From Ruminococcus sp. (GTDB lineage Bacteria > Bacillota > Clostridia > Oscillospirales > Ruminococcaceae), in NCBI GenBank assembly GCA_017479805.1, contig JAFVBU010000304.1, forward strand, positions 1 through 32,900: a stretch of DNA of 32,900 nucleotides, written 5' to 3'. Shown here piece by piece: positions 1 to 11,700 of this stretch. A model generated the notes under the pieces. It made no database searches. It had not been told where the DNA came from and saw only the letters and a program-made list of their open reading frames with translations. The translations under genes and the position numbers were made by a program. How positions within the stretch are numbered: the stretch's first letter is position 1; every line of letters begins with the position of its first letter.

Positions 1-1
1 A

Positions 2-301
2 AAGCTTGCTAAGGGCTACTGGGGCGCAAAGAGCAAGCACTTCAAGATGGCTAAGCAGGCCGTAATGAAGTCAGGCAACTACGCATTTATCGGCAGAAAG
101 CAGAAGAAGAGACAGTTCAGACAGCTCTGGATCGCAAGAATCTCGGCTGCTGCTAAGATCAACGGCATGAACTACTCAACATTCATGAACGGCTGCAAGA
201 AGGCTGGCATCACACTTAACAGAAAGATGCTCTCCGAGATCGCTATCAATGACGCTGCTGGTTTCACAGCTATCGTTGACAAGGCTAAGGCTGCTCTTTA
301 A
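2..301 (+). CDS. rplT: 50S ribosomal protein L20 (5'-truncated by window edge)
   Basis: Frame open from base 2 ([12 protein letters not shown]...), continuing through [16 protein letters not shown] and [13 protein letters not shown], typical bL20 motifs. Confidence 0.97.
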   Translation, partial: KLAKGYWGAKSKHFKMAKQAVMKSGNYAFIGRKQKKRQFRQLWIARISAAAKINGMNYSTFMNGCKKAGITLNRKMLSEIAINDAAGFTAIVDKAKAAL

Positions 302-311
302 TTGAGATCAC

Positions 312-342
312 AAACACGCTCCTTTATCAAGAGCGTGTTTTT
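312..342 (+). terminator. Rho-independent terminator after rplT
   Basis: AAACACGCTC-9 nt-GAGCGTGTTT stem followed by a T tract. Confidence 0.8.
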
Positions 343-409
343 GTTAGCCGTGTATATTACGTGCTGGGGGCTTCTCCCTCTGTACGCCAAGTATACAGGA
401 GGTGTATTA

Positions 410-1189
410 TTGGAAAGTATCATCACTTCAAAAGATAATCCTACTGTGAAGCTGTATCAGAAGCTGTCCTCGTCAAAAAAGGAAAGACTTCAGTACGGCT
501 TATTCGTGTTGGAGGGCATAAGGATAGTCGAGGACGCTCTCAGGGACGGAAGTGTATCCCATCTTCTCCTGACCAAAGATCAGGCTGACAGATACGCAGA
601 AAAGCTGTTGCAGGCTGATTTGAGAGATACAAAATTGCTTGTTATTTCAAATGAACTTGGAAACAGGATAGCTTCCACCGACAGCACACAGGGAGTATTC
701 GCCATTTGCCGCATACCTCAGCAGAAAAAGCTGTCATTCCGTGAGGGCGGAAGATATGTGGTGCTGTTTGGCTTGCAGGACCCCGGCAACGTCGGTATGG
801 TCATCCGAACCGCCGATGCTCTGGGTATCGACGGTATCATCCTTTCGGGAAGCTGCGACCTGTACAGCCCGAAGGTCATTCGCTCCACTATGGGCTCGGT
901 TTTCCGCATGGATATCGCAGTTGAAAATAATGCTGACACTCTTTTCGCAATGCTTGAGGAAAACGGCGTCGAGACCTCGGCGGCTGTCATTGACAAGGAC
1001 GCACAGAGAGTGACCGAATGCAGCTTTACGTGCAGACAGGCGGTGTTCATCGGCAACGAGGGCAACGGACTGCCGTCCGATATCGCAAACCGCTGTACAA
1101 GGCGCATAACCATCCCCATGAGCGGAAACATCAATTCCCTGAACGCAGCAATGGCGGCAGGCATTCTCATGTGGGAACTCAGAAAGTAG
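410..1189 (+). CDS. TrmH/SpoU-family RNA 2'-O-methyltransferase
   Basis: SPOUT motifs LQDPGNVGMVIRTADA, IGNEGNG and IPMSGNINSLNAAMA. Start placed at TTG 410 after AGGAGG (397-402) rather than at 302. Confidence 0.93.
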   Translation: MESIITSKDNPTVKLYQKLSSSKKERLQYGLFVLEGIRIVEDALRDGSVSHLLLTKDQADRYAEKLLQADLRDTKLLVISNELGNRIASTDSTQGVFAICRIPQQKKLSFREGGRYVVLFGLQDPGNVGMVIRTADALGIDGIILSGSCDLYSPKVIRSTMGSVFRMDIAVENNADTLFAMLEENGVETSAAVIDKDAQRVTECSFTCRQAVFIGNEGNGLPSDIANRCTRRITIPMSGNINSLNAAMAAGILMWELRK

Positions 1190-1192
1190 TTT

Positions 1193-1215
1193 GTAGGGAC
1201 GACCATCGGTCGTCC
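1193..1215 (+). repeat. GTAG-type REP-like palindrome
   Basis: GTAG followed by a perfect 8-bp stem GGACGACC-ATC-GGTCGTCC just after the trmH stop; same layout as 27301-27323. Confidence 0.65.
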
Positions 1216-1226
1216 GCCGATAGTTT

Positions 1227-1256
1227 ATTGATTATGCATTATGAATTATGAATTGA
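1227..1256 (+). repeat. Heptamer tandem repeat (isolated right arm of the 12285/18725 element family)
   Basis: ATTGATT ATGCATT ATGAATT ATGAATT GA has the same nnnCATT-nnnAATT-nnnAATT-GA pattern as 12380-12402. Confidence 0.6.
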
Positions 1257-1276
1257 CCAAAGGGTGGTGATGGAGG

Positions 1277-2542
1277 ATGAATGAGACAAAGTACTGGCTA
1301 TGGCTGTCGATGGTTTTCGGCACGGGCAGCAGGCGGATATGGGAGGTCATGTGCCTTTTTGAATCGGCTGAGGAAGCCTATCAGTCCCTGTCCGAGCAGT
1401 CGGTAAGCCTTAAATTCAACGAAAAGGAAACGGATAACCTCAGCAGGACTGAGATAAGCGACGCTGAGCGTTTCATTGAGAAATGCGCCGAAAAGGGAAT
1501 AGGAATAGTCGGCTATTCCGATGACGATTACCCTCACCAGCTCAGACATCTTTTCAATCCACCTGCCGTACTATATTATAAGGGCAATATCTCCTGTCTC
1601 AGCGGCACAAGGACTGTCACCGCCGTCGGCACACGAAACGCCACGGACTACGGCATAAGGACTGCCGAGACCGTCTGCGGCGAGCTGGCGGCTAAAAATA
1701 TGGTGATAATAAGCGGCTTTGCGGTCGGTATCGACATAGCGAGCCAGCTTGCAGGCGTGCAGAAAAACCGCCCCACAGCCGCTGTTATGGGCTGCGGTGT
1801 GGATGTGAACTATCCTAAGCCCAACGAGCAGTTCAGGGAAAGGATACTGAAAAGCGGCGGCGTGTTCCTGTCGGAGTATCCGCCCGAAACTCAGCCCTTG
1901 CCGCAGAATTTCCCGTCACGCAACCGCATACTTGCCGCACTGGGCAGGGCTGCCATAGTTTTTGAAGCCTCGGTCAAAAGCGGCTCACTCATAACCGCAA
2001 GGCTTGCCTCCGAGCAGGGACGGGATGTGTTCGTCATTCCCCCTGCGGATATTTTCAGCAGCAAGTATTCGGGAAACGTACAGCTTCTCCGTGAGGGTGC
2101 ACAGCCGCTTTACAGCACTGAGGACATCCTCGACACTTTCCGCTTCGGAAGCTCCGTTGATACCGAGATACGGCAAAGCATACGCTACGGCTTTGACGGC
2201 TTGAAAGCAGGCATAGTGTGGGAGGGCAGAGCTGCCGCAAAGGCGGACAGGGAAGTGCCCATCATCATTCCGAGAAAGCGGATAAAGGAGGATATCCCGC
2301 AGGAAAAGCCGCAGGATACTCCCGAGCCGCCGAATGTGCCCGAGACCTCGGATACATTTGAAGAACTAACGGATATACAGCGCAGCATAGCCGAGGAGCT
2401 GAAAAACGGAAAGCTCCACGCAGACGAGCTGTGCCGCAGGCTTGATATGGATCCTGCCGAGCTTATGACAGAATTGACGGAAATGGAAATAATGGGAACG
2501 GTCATATCGCTTCCCGGCAAAATGTTTGAATTATACAGATAA
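1277..2542 (+). CDS. dprA: DNA-processing protein DprA (Smf)
   Basis: [31 protein letters not shown] and SGSLITA motifs; C-terminal winged helix; adjacent to topA as is typical. Confidence 0.95.
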   Translation: MNETKYWLWLSMVFGTGSRRIWEVMCLFESAEEAYQSLSEQSVSLKFNEKETDNLSRTEISDAERFIEKCAEKGIGIVGYSDDDYPHQLRHLFNPPAVLYYKGNISCLSGTRTVTAVGTRNATDYGIRTAETVCGELAAKNMVIISGFAVGIDIASQLAGVQKNRPTAAVMGCGVDVNYPKPNEQFRERILKSGGVFLSEYPPETQPLPQNFPSRNRILAALGRAAIVFEASVKSGSLITARLASEQGRDVFVIPPADIFSSKYSGNVQLLREGAQPLYSTEDILDTFRFGSSVDTEIRQSIRYGFDGLKAGIVWEGRAAAKADREVPIIIPRKRIKEDIPQEKPQDTPEPPNVPETSDTFEELTDIQRSIAEELKNGKLHADELCRRLDMDPAELMTELTEMEIMGTVISLPGKMFELYR

Positions 2543-2556
2543 GGGGAAAAATTCAA

Positions 2557-4638
2557 ATGTCAGATTTAGTAATAGTTGAGTCGCCTGCAAAGGCAAAAAC
2601 AATACAGAAGTACCTCGGTCCGGGGTATGAGGTCATTGCTTCAATGGGGCACGTCCGTGATCTTCCAAAGTCGAAGATGGGCGTTGACAAGGAGCATGAC
2701 TTTGCACCTCAGTACACCGACATGAAAGGCAAAGAGGACGTAATAAAGGAACTGAAAAAGCGTGCGAAGAAGTGCGACAAGGTCTATCTCGCAACCGACC
2801 CCGATCGTGAGGGAGAGGCTATATCATGGCATATAGCGTAGATGCTGAAACTTGATCTCAATGAAAATAACCGTGTTGCTTTCAACGAGATCACCAAAAC
2901 AGGCGTGAAGAACGGCATGAGCGATCCGCATAAGATCGACATCGACCTTGTGAACGCACAGCAGGCAAGACGTATCCTTGACAGACTTGTTGGCTACGAG
3001 CTCAGCCCTTTCCTCTGGAAAAAGGTAAAGCGTGGACTTTCCGCAGGCAGAGTTCAGTCCGTTGCGGTGCGCCTTATCGTGGACAGAGAAAACGAGATAC
3101 GCCAGTTCGTACCAAAGGAGTACTGGTCTATCGATGCGAAATTTATCGATCCCTCCTCACGAAAGATATTCGATGCAGCACTTGTTGCAGTTGACGGAAA
3201 GAAGCTGGAAATACCAAATCAGGCGGAAGCGGACGGACTTCTGAAACGTCTGGAGAATGCGGAATATACCGTTGCCAACGTGAAGAAGCGTGTTACCAAG
3301 AAACAGCCGTCACCTCCGTTCATCACCTCCACCTTGCAGCAGGAAGCGTCCAAGAAGCTCAGCTTCACCGCAAAAAGGACGATGAAAGCGGCACAGGAGC
3401 TTTATGAAGGTATCGACGTCGAGGGAGTAGGCGCAGTTGGTCTTATAACCTACATGAGAACCGACAGCCTGCGTATATCCGACGAGGCTAAAAAGGCGGC
3501 TGCCGACTATATCGGCACTGTCTACGGCAAGGACTATCTTCCTCCCGAGCCGAGGACTTACAAGTCCAAGAACAACGCTCAGGACGCCCACGAAGCTATA
3601 CGTCCCTCGACCCCCGAGCTTACCCCCGAAAGAGTGAAAAGCAGCCTTTCAAGCGACCAGTATAAGCTGTACAAACTTATATGGGAGCGCTTCATAGCAA
3701 GCCAGATGGCAAACGCTCTCCTTGACACCGTTTCCGCCGATATCGAAGCAAACGGCTGTACATTCAGAGCATCGGGCTATTCCGTCAAGTTCGACGGCTT
3801 CATGGTACTTTACGTTGAGTCAAGCGACTCCGACGAGGGCAGCAAGAAAATGCTCCCCGAGCTTAAAGTTGACGACAAGCTGAAGCTGAAATCCATAAAC
3901 GGCAACCAGCACTTCACCCAGCCGCCTCCGAGATTCACCGAAGCATCGCTTATCAAGGCACTCGAAGAAAACGGCATCGGCAGACCGAGTACCTACGCTC
4001 CGACCATCACCACCATCACTTCAAGGCGCTACGTGGAGCATGAGGGAAAGGCACTGAAACCCACTAATTTGGGCGAGGTCATCACCGACCTGATGAAAGA
4101 CCACTTCAAGAAGATAGTTGACGCAAAGTTCACGGCTGATATGGAAAACAATCTCGACGAGGTGGAGCACGGCGAAAAGGACTGGGTAAGCACTCTCCAT
4201 GAGTTCTACGACGATTTTTCCGAGACACTGAAAAAAGCCGAGGAAGCTATGGACGGCAAGCGTGTGAAAGTCCCCGACGAGGAAACGGACGTTGTCTGCG
4301 AGCTTTGCGGAAAGAACATGGTAATAAAGTACAGCAAGTTCGGCAAATTCCTTGCCTGCCCCGGATTCCCCGATTGCAGGAACACCAAGAAGATAGTTAC
4401 CGAAGCCGACGGAAACTGCCCACGCTGCGGAAAGAAAATGCTGCTGAAAAAGTCCAAAAAGGGCAGGAGCTTCTACGGCTGCGAGGGCTACCCCGACTGC
4501 ACATTCATGACATGGAACGTCCCCTCCGCCGAGGTTTGCCCTCAGTGCGGAAAGACACTGTTCGTCAAGGGCGGCAAATCGGGCAAGCTCATCTGCGAGA
4601 ACGAGGGCTGCGGATATGAAAGAGAGTTAAAGAAATGA
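2557..4638 (+). CDS. topA: DNA topoisomerase I, interrupted by an in-frame TAG at 2839-2841 (693 codons if read through)
   Basis: ORFs 2557-2841 and 2842-4638 share one frame. TOPRIM motifs ([22 protein letters not shown]) are in part 1. SAGRVQ, catalytic [25 protein letters not shown] and Zn ribbons are in part 2. Confidence 0.95.
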
Positions 4639-5948
4639 CAGTAAGCGTAATAGGAGCAGGACTTGCAGGCTGTGAAGCTGCATGGGCGCTGGCGAATGAG
4701 GGAATAAGCGTAAGGCTTTACGAGATGAAGCCCGAGAAGTATTCCCCTGCCCACAAGTACAGCGGTTTCGCAGAGCTTGTATGCTCAAATTCACTTAAAG
4801 CGGCAAGACTTGGTTCTGCCGCAGGACTGCTTAAATATGAAATGGAAATGCTCGGCTCGCTGACAGTTCCCTGCGCAAAGGAAAATTCCGTTGAAGCAGG
4901 GGGCGCACTGGCAGTTGACAGAGAAAAATTTTCCGACGCTGTTACGGCAGAAATAAAGTCACATCCACTCATAGAGGTCATAGGCGGAGAGGTCACGGAG
5001 ATACCCGACGGCACGGTCATTATCGCTACGGGACCCCTTACCTCGGGAGCAATGGCTGACCGCATAAAGGAGCTTTGCGGCGAGGGGCTGAGCTTTTATG
5101 ACGCTGCCGCTCCCATTGTCACCTACGAAAGCCTCGACAAGGAAAAGGTTTTCTACGCTTCACGCTACGGCAGAGGCGAGGCAGACTATGTGAACTGTCC
5201 CATGAACAAGGAGGAATACCTTGCTTTCTATGAGGCACTGATAAATGCGGAGAAGGTTCAGCTGAAGGACTTCGAGACTCACCCGTTCAGTGTATACGAG
5301 GGCTGTATGCCCATTGAGGAGCTGGCAAGACGGGGTGTGGATACCATGCGATTCGGTCCTATTAAACCCGTCGGCATCGACGACCCACGCACAGGCAGAC
5401 GTCCTTATGCGGTGGTACAGCTTCGCCGTGAGAACAGCGAGGGTACGCTTTTCAACCTTGTGGGATTCCAGACAAACCTGAAATTCGGCGAGCAGAAGCG
5501 GGTGTTCTCAATGATAACGGGACTGGAGAATGCGGAGTTCATGCGCTACGGCGTTATGCACCGCAATACCTTTATCAACAGCCCTGAGCTGCTGAACGCT
5601 GATTTCTCCATGAGACAGCACCCCGACATTTATTTCGCAGGTCAGATAACAGGTGTGGAGGGTTACATGGAGTCTGCGGCAAGCGGCATTATCGCAGGCA
5701 TTGCAGCGGCAAGGAAGCTGAAAGGGCTTGAACCCATAGTTCTCCCACGTGAGACTATGACAGGTGCGCTCTCCGCATACATAAGCGACAGCTTCAACAG
5801 CGGAAAGTTCCAGCCTATGGGCGCAAATATGGGTATCCTCCCCGATATAGGCGAGCGTATCCGTGACAAGAAGCTGAAATACGAAGCATACGCAAACAGA
5901 GCGGTGGAAGCGCTCAAAAAGGAGCTGGAGAGAGTTGGCAGAGAATAA
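4635..5948 (+). CDS. trmFO: tRNA (uracil-54-C5)-methyltransferase TrmFO (Gid)
   Basis: [26 protein letters not shown] and [10 protein letters not shown] motifs; ATGA overlap with topA. Confidence 0.97.
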   Translation: MTVSVIGAGLAGCEAAWALANEGISVRLYEMKPEKYSPAHKYSGFAELVCSNSLKAARLGSAAGLLKYEMEMLGSLTVPCAKENSVEAGGALAVDREKFSDAVTAEIKSHPLIEVIGGEVTEIPDGTVIIATGPLTSGAMADRIKELCGEGLSFYDAAAPIVTYESLDKEKVFYASRYGRGEADYVNCPMNKEEYLAFYEALINAEKVQLKDFETHPFSVYEGCMPIEELARRGVDTMRFGPIKPVGIDDPRTGRRPYAVVQLRRENSEGTLFNLVGFQTNLKFGEQKRVFSMITGLENAEFMRYGVMHRNTFINSPELLNADFSMRQHPDIYFAGQITGVEGYMESAASGIIAGIAAARKLKGLEPIVLPRETMTGALSAYISDSFNSGKFQPMGANMGILPDIGERIRDKKLKYEAYANRAVEALKKELERVGRE

Positions 5949-6945
5949 AATAATTGTAGACGCATTCGGAGGGGACAACGCTCCCCTCGAAGTGATAAAG
6001 GGCTGTGCAAAGGCAGAAAAGGAGCTGGGGGCAAAGATAGTCCTCAGCGGCGACACGGCTAAGATAAAGAAATGCGCCGAGGAAAACGGCATCGATATCA
6101 GCGGCATGGAGATAGCACAGGCTGATGATGTTTTTGATATACATGACGAACCGAAGGAGATAATCAAGTCGGGCAGCAACAGTTCAATGGCTGTGGGACT
6201 GAAACTCCTTGCAGAGGGCAAGGGCAGCGCTTTTGTCTCAGCAGGCAGCACAGGCGCTCTTGTAATGGGTTCAACATTTATCGTCAAGCGTATCAAAGGC
6301 ATTAAACGCATTGCTCCTTCTCCCGTGCTCCCTGCCGATAAGGGCAGCTTCCTCCTTGCGGACGCAGGTGCGAATACCGAGTGCAGACCCGAAATGCTGG
6401 TGCAGTTCGCAGTTATGGGAAGTGCCTACATGGAAAAGGTCATGGGCAGAAAAAAGCCAAAGGTAGCACTTCTCAACATCGGCGCAGAGGAAACAAAGGG
6501 TCGTGATCTTGATATCGAAGCATACAAGCTGCTGGAAAAGTCGGGGCTGAACTTCGTGGGAAACATCGAGGCGAGAGATATGCCGAAGGGCGAGGTGCAG
6601 GTAGTCGTTACCGACGGATTTACGGGAAATATTGCACTTAAACTCTATGAGGGCATGGGCTCGTTTTTCAGCAGGAAGATCAAGTGGATATTCTCGGGAA
6701 CAGGCAAGATCGGCGCTCTGTTCTCGCTGAAAAAGATCAAGGAATTCCGCAAACAGATGGACTACAAGGAAGTCGGCGGCTCGGTGCTTCTCGGTGTGAG
6801 AAAGCCCGTAATAAAGGCTCACGGCAGCTCGGACAGTCTGGCATTCTTCAATGCCGTAAGACAGGCGCAGAAGTGCGTTGACGGGAATGTGACAGGTGAG
6901 ATAGAGGCTTACGTCGCAAGGCTCGCCGCCGCTGAAAAGGAGTAA
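5935..6945 (+). CDS. plsX: Phosphate acyltransferase PlsX
   Basis: [39 protein letters not shown] and KAHGSS motifs. Confidence 0.96.
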   Translation: MAENKIIVDAFGGDNAPLEVIKGCAKAEKELGAKIVLSGDTAKIKKCAEENGIDISGMEIAQADDVFDIHDEPKEIIKSGSNSSMAVGLKLLAEGKGSAFVSAGSTGALVMGSTFIVKRIKGIKRIAPSPVLPADKGSFLLADAGANTECRPEMLVQFAVMGSAYMEKVMGRKKPKVALLNIGAEETKGRDLDIEAYKLLEKSGLNFVGNIEARDMPKGEVQVVVTDGFTGNIALKLYEGMGSFFSRKIKWIFSGTGKIGALFSLKKIKEFRKQMDYKEVGGSVLLGVRKPVIKAHGSSDSLAFFNAVRQAQKCVDGNVTGEIEAYVARLAAAEKE

Positions 6946-6950
6946 GGATA

Positions 6951-7640
6951 ATGAAAAATACAGAAGAATTTGAGGAGATAATCGGCTATAAATTCAAGAA
7001 TACAGAACTGCTCGAACAGGCTCTTTCACATTCGTCCTATGCCAACGAGAGAAAACGTCCCAACGGCAGCAACGAGAGGCTGGAATTTCTGGGCGACAGT
7101 GTGCTTTCCATCGTGGTATCGGATTATCTTTACAAGAACCTCAACGTTGCCGAGGGCGAGCTTACAAAGATGAGAGCTTCGCTGGTATGCGAAAAGTCAC
7201 TCTTTGTGTTTGCACAGAAGATACGTCTGGGCGAGTTCATCCGTCTTGGCAAGGGCGAGGAGAATACAGGCGGCAGAGAGCGCCCCTCCATCGTTTCGGA
7301 CGCATTTGAAGCAGTCATAGCCGCAATATACCTTGACGGCGGCTTAGAGCCTGCCGCAAAGCACATCCTCCGCTTCATGCCCGAGGATATAAAGCGCACA
7401 AAGAAGCCCGTACTCAGCGATTTCAAGACGCTTTTGCAGGAAGTTGTGCAGAAGAATCCCGAGGAAAAGGTGGAATACGTCCTCATCGGCGAGGAGGGTC
7501 CCGACCACAACAAGAGGTTCGTGGTGGAGGTATGCCTTAACTCACAGGTCATCGGCAAGGGCAAGGGCAGAAGCAAAAAGGAAGCCGAACAGCTTGCCGC
7601 AAAGGAAGCGTTGGAGCTGATGGGCTATGAAACACAGTAA
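6951..7640 (+). CDS. rnc: Ribonuclease III
   Basis: NERLEFLGDSVL signature, DAFEA, C-terminal dsRBD (KTLLQE...SKKEAEQLAA). Confidence 0.98.
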   Translation: MKNTEEFEEIIGYKFKNTELLEQALSHSSYANERKRPNGSNERLEFLGDSVLSIVVSDYLYKNLNVAEGELTKMRASLVCEKSLFVFAQKIRLGEFIRLGKGEENTGGRERPSIVSDAFEAVIAAIYLDGGLEPAAKHILRFMPEDIKRTKKPVLSDFKTLLQEVVQKNPEEKVEYVLIGEEGPDHNKRFVVEVCLNSQVIGKGKGRSKKEAEQLAAKEALELMGYETQ

Positions 7641-8709
7641 TATCTCAATTTTCATCCCCCACATCGGCTGTCCCCATAAGTGCTCGTTCTGCGACCAGCA
7701 CACCATAAGCGGCGCACAGCACATCCCCGACGGAAACGAGGTCAGGGAGATATGCTCAAAGGCGCTGACCGAGGTAAAGTCTCCCGAGAATACGGAGATA
7801 GCATTTTTCGGCGGCAGCTTTACTGCCATCCCCCGTGATTATATGCTGGAGCTTCTTGGAGCGGCACATGAGTTCGTGGGCGAGGGGAAGTTCAGAGGAA
7901 TACGCTGTTCCACCCGTCCCGACTGTATAGACGATGAGGTGCTGTCTCTGCTGAAAAAGTACGGAGTTACAGCGATAGAGCTGGGAGCGCAGTCCATGAG
8001 CGACAAGGTACTCGAAGCTAACGAGCGTGGACACACCGCAGAGGACGTAGTCAGGGCAAGCAGGCTCATCCGTCAGTACGGCTTTGAGCTGGGCTTGCAG
8101 ATGATGATAGGTCTTTACAAGAGCACAGGCGACGACGAGACAGAGACAATGGAGAAGATACTGGAGATACACCCCGATACGGTGCGTATTTACCCTGTTG
8201 TCATACTGAAAGGCACTCGTCTTGCGGAGCTTCTCGAAAGGAGAGAATATCAGCTTTTCGGGGGAGCGACTGAGGACGGCTGTGCTTCGGACTTTGACGA
8301 TGTTGTCGGAGTGGCGGCATATTTCCTTGAGAAATTCGAAAAAAACGGCATAAGCGTAATAAAATGCGGACTTCACGCTTCCGAATTCGTGGAAAAGGAC
8401 ATGGTTGGCGGTTTCTATCATCCTGCCTTCCGTGAGCTTTGCGAGAGCATGATATACAGAACTGCGATCTCCGATGAGCTTGACCGCTATGCAGGCATCG
8501 TTTCGGGAAAGAGCTATTCTCCCGAAGAATGGGATGAGTACAGGAAAAGGAGAACGGGCAGTTTTACTTTGGCAGTCGCTCCGTCCTGCATAAGCAAGGC
8601 AATGGGGCATAAAAAGTCAAATTATTATTACTTCAAGGAAATGGGAGCGGAAATAAAGATAGTAGGGGACGAGAGCGTCCCGAAGTATCAATGCAGGCTC
8701 AGGAGGTGA
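7627..8709 (+). CDS. Radical SAM protein (Elp3-like family found between rnc and smc in Clostridia)
   Basis: CxxxCxxC motif CPHKCSFC, plus FFGGSFT, STRPD and ELGAQS. Confidence 0.9.
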   Translation: MKHSNISIFIPHIGCPHKCSFCDQHTISGAQHIPDGNEVREICSKALTEVKSPENTEIAFFGGSFTAIPRDYMLELLGAAHEFVGEGKFRGIRCSTRPDCIDDEVLSLLKKYGVTAIELGAQSMSDKVLEANERGHTAEDVVRASRLIRQYGFELGLQMMIGLYKSTGDDETETMEKILEIHPDTVRIYPVVILKGTRLAELLERREYQLFGGATEDGCASDFDDVVGVAAYFLEKFEKNGISVIKCGLHASEFVEKDMVGGFYHPAFRELCESMIYRTAISDELDRYAGIVSGKSYSPEEWDEYRKRRTGSFTLAVAPSCISKAMGHKKSNYYYFKEMGAEIKIVGDESVPKYQCRLRR

Positions 8710-8713
8710 GCTA

Positions 8714-11700
8714 TTGTACCTTAAATCACTGGAAATACAGGGCTTCAAGTCCTTTCCCGATAAAATAAGCCTTACCTTTGACAAGGGACTTACAGCAGTT
8801 GTAGGCCCTAACGGAAGCGGCAAGAGCAATATAGGCGATTCCGTCCGCTGGGTGCTGGGAGAGCAGTCCACAAAGACTCTCCGAGGCAACAAGATGGAGG
8901 ACGTTATCTTCTCGGGAACTGTGGCAAGAAAGCCTATGGGATTTGCCGCTGTTACGCTGAATATCGACAATTCAGACAAGACCCTCGCCGATATGGAGGA
9001 CGAGGTGGCAGTAACAAGAAAGCTCTACCGAAGCGGCGAAAGTGAATACCTGATAAACGGACGGTCATGCCGTCTTAAAGATATAAACGAGCTTTTCATG
9101 GATACGGGTCTGGGCCGTGACGGCTATTCCATCATCGGACAGGGACGTATCGCTGAGATAGTGGGCGCTAAATCCAACGAGCGCCGTGATATTTTCGAGG
9201 AAGCGGCAGGTATATCCAAGTTCCGCTACAAGAAGATGGAGGCGGAGAGAAAGCTCACCGCCGCACAGGAAAATCTTCTGAGACTTTCGGATATCCTCTC
9301 CGAGCTGGAGGGGCGTGTAGGGCCGCTGAAAACTCAGGCTGAAAAGGCAGAGAGATTCATCCGTCTGGCTGAGCAGAGGAAAAAGCTGGAGATATCCGTC
9401 TGGGTGAACCGCCTTGACGACCTGCGTGAAAAGCTGGATAAGCTGGACGAAAAGGTGCTGGTCAGCAAGAACGAGTACGAGAATATCGAGAACGACATAC
9501 AGCACGAGGAAGAAAAGATTCAGGACGCTATCCGCAAAATGCAGGAGAGCACCATCAGGCAGGACGAACTGCGTAAGAAGATGATAGAGGAGGAGCAGTC
9601 CGCTTCGGGAATGAAGTCGGAGATAGCCGTTTTCGAGAACGATATCAAGCACTGCACCGAGGCTATCGAAAATGCCAAAAAGAGCATACAGAATGCCGAC
9701 GGCACACGCAAAAGGCTTGAACGTGAGCGAAAGGCTGCGGAGGAAAAGCTGGAGCGCCTGAAAGAAGCGAAGAAAGCTGTTGAAGCGGAGATCGCACAGA
9801 CACAGAAAGAATTTGCCGATGCAGAGCGTGAAAGCTCACAGCTTGGCGATTCCGTTGACAAGGCAGGCAGCGAGATAAACTCCCTCTACATCAAGCGCAG
9901 CGAGTACAAGTTCGCAGAGGAAACTGCCGAAAAGACCATAGAGGAGCAGAATAAGCGCCTTGCAGAGCTGCGTGAGAGCAGCACCGACGTTGAGAAGTCA
10001 CTTGCTGACTATCAGGCTAAGACCGAGGAAAGCAAGGCTGAACTGCAAAAGAATACCGAAAAGACCGAGGAGCTGAAAAATAGGCTCAGCGGACTGCAAA
10101 AGCTGTACGATTCCCGAAAAGCAGGGTTCGAGCAGGCAAAAAGCGACTTTGAACGTGTCATTTTCGACCTCAAAGGCAAGCAGCAGCGCCGAAAGATACT
10201 CAACGACCTCGAAAACAACATGGAGGGCTTCGCAGGCAGCGTAAAGCAGGTTCTGAAAGCCTCAAAGCAGGGACGCATAGGCGGTATCTACGGCACAGTG
10301 GCGCAGAATATCGGCGTTTCTCCCGAGTACGCAGTAGCTGTTGAAACGGCTCTGGGCGGTGCGATGCAGAATATCATCGTCGAGAACGAGGACATCGCCA
10401 AAAGGTGCATCCGCTTCCTGAAAGAGCAAAAGGGCGGCCGTGCGACATTTCTGCCCATCACCTCCGTAAGGGGAAACGAGCTCCGTGAACAGGGGCTTGA
10501 AAACTGCGAGGGCTTTGTTGCCAACGCTAACAGGATAGTCACCTATGACCCGAAATTCAGCGGTATCATCGCTTCACTTCTGGGACGTATCGTCATTGCC
10601 GAGGATATCGACACAGCTACGGTCATCGCCAAGAAGTACGGCTACAAGTTCAGGATAGTGACTCTTGACGGTCAGGTCATCAATGCAGGCGGTTCGTTCA
10701 CGGGCGGTTCTGCACAGCGCTCGGGCGGTGTCATTACCCGTAAGAACGAGATAGACACCCTCGATGCGGAGATAGAGAAGCTGACAAAGGAAAAGGACGC
10801 TCTCAGTGCCAACGCCGAGAAGCTCCGTGCCGAAAGCGCAAAGTTAGGCTACGACACAGAAGCCGCAAAGGATGAGCTGAACAGGTGCGAGTCCGACAGA
10901 GTGCGGATAAATGCCGAGCTTTCCAGTCTCGGTTCGCTGATGGAGCAGGTAAAGGCTCAGTCGGAGAATTCGGGCAGACTGGTGGAGGAAGCCGAGCAGA
11001 GGATAGCTTCTGCAAAGCAGACCATAGCCGATTCGCAGAAGTCGCTGACCGAGACCGACGCTCTCATAAAAGAAGCCGAAGCCAAGCTCGCTGAGGGACA
11101 GGGAGTCCGTGAAAAGCTGAGACTGAAACGTGCCGAGCTTTCGGAAAAGCTCTCCGCTCAGAAGATACAGGGCATGAGCACCGAAAAGGACGTTGAGGCT
11201 CAGGAGGCTGAAATATCCCGTATCGAGCGTGACATTGAGGAGCTGAAGTACGGTGACAGGCAGTACGAGGACGAGATAGCAAGGCAGAATGAGCTTATCG
11301 CCGAGAAAAAGGCGGCTATCGAAAAGCTGAAAGCAGACCTTGACGGCTTCAAGGACAACACACAGTCCTACAATGCGGAGATAAGCCGATATCAGGCTAT
11401 GCACACCGAGCAGTCAAGGCTGGTCAACGAGATGCAGAAGGGCTTGAAGGAGACTAACGAAGCAAAGGAAAAGCTGTCTGCGGAGGTCACAAGGCTGGAG
11501 GAAAGGCGTGAAGCCAACCTGAGAGACACGGACAATATCATCCGTCAGCTTTCGGAAAACTACCAGCTCACACGCTCCGAGGCGGTACAGCTTGCGGAGA
11601 AGATAGAGGATATCACACAGGCACAGCGTGAGCTCAACGACGTAAAAAACAAGATAAGAGCGCTGGGAAGCGTTAACGTTGACGCTATCGAGGAATACAG

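Noticed and set aside
2839-2841. Genome-wide TAG reassignment (alternative code or pyrrolysine)
   Set aside because: Only one internal TAG among roughly 30 genes, TAG ends the TrmH gene at its expected C-terminus, and no pyl genes are in the window.
6940-6955. No acpP between plsX and rnc
   Set aside because: Ordinary gene-order variation; acpP may be elsewhere in the genome.
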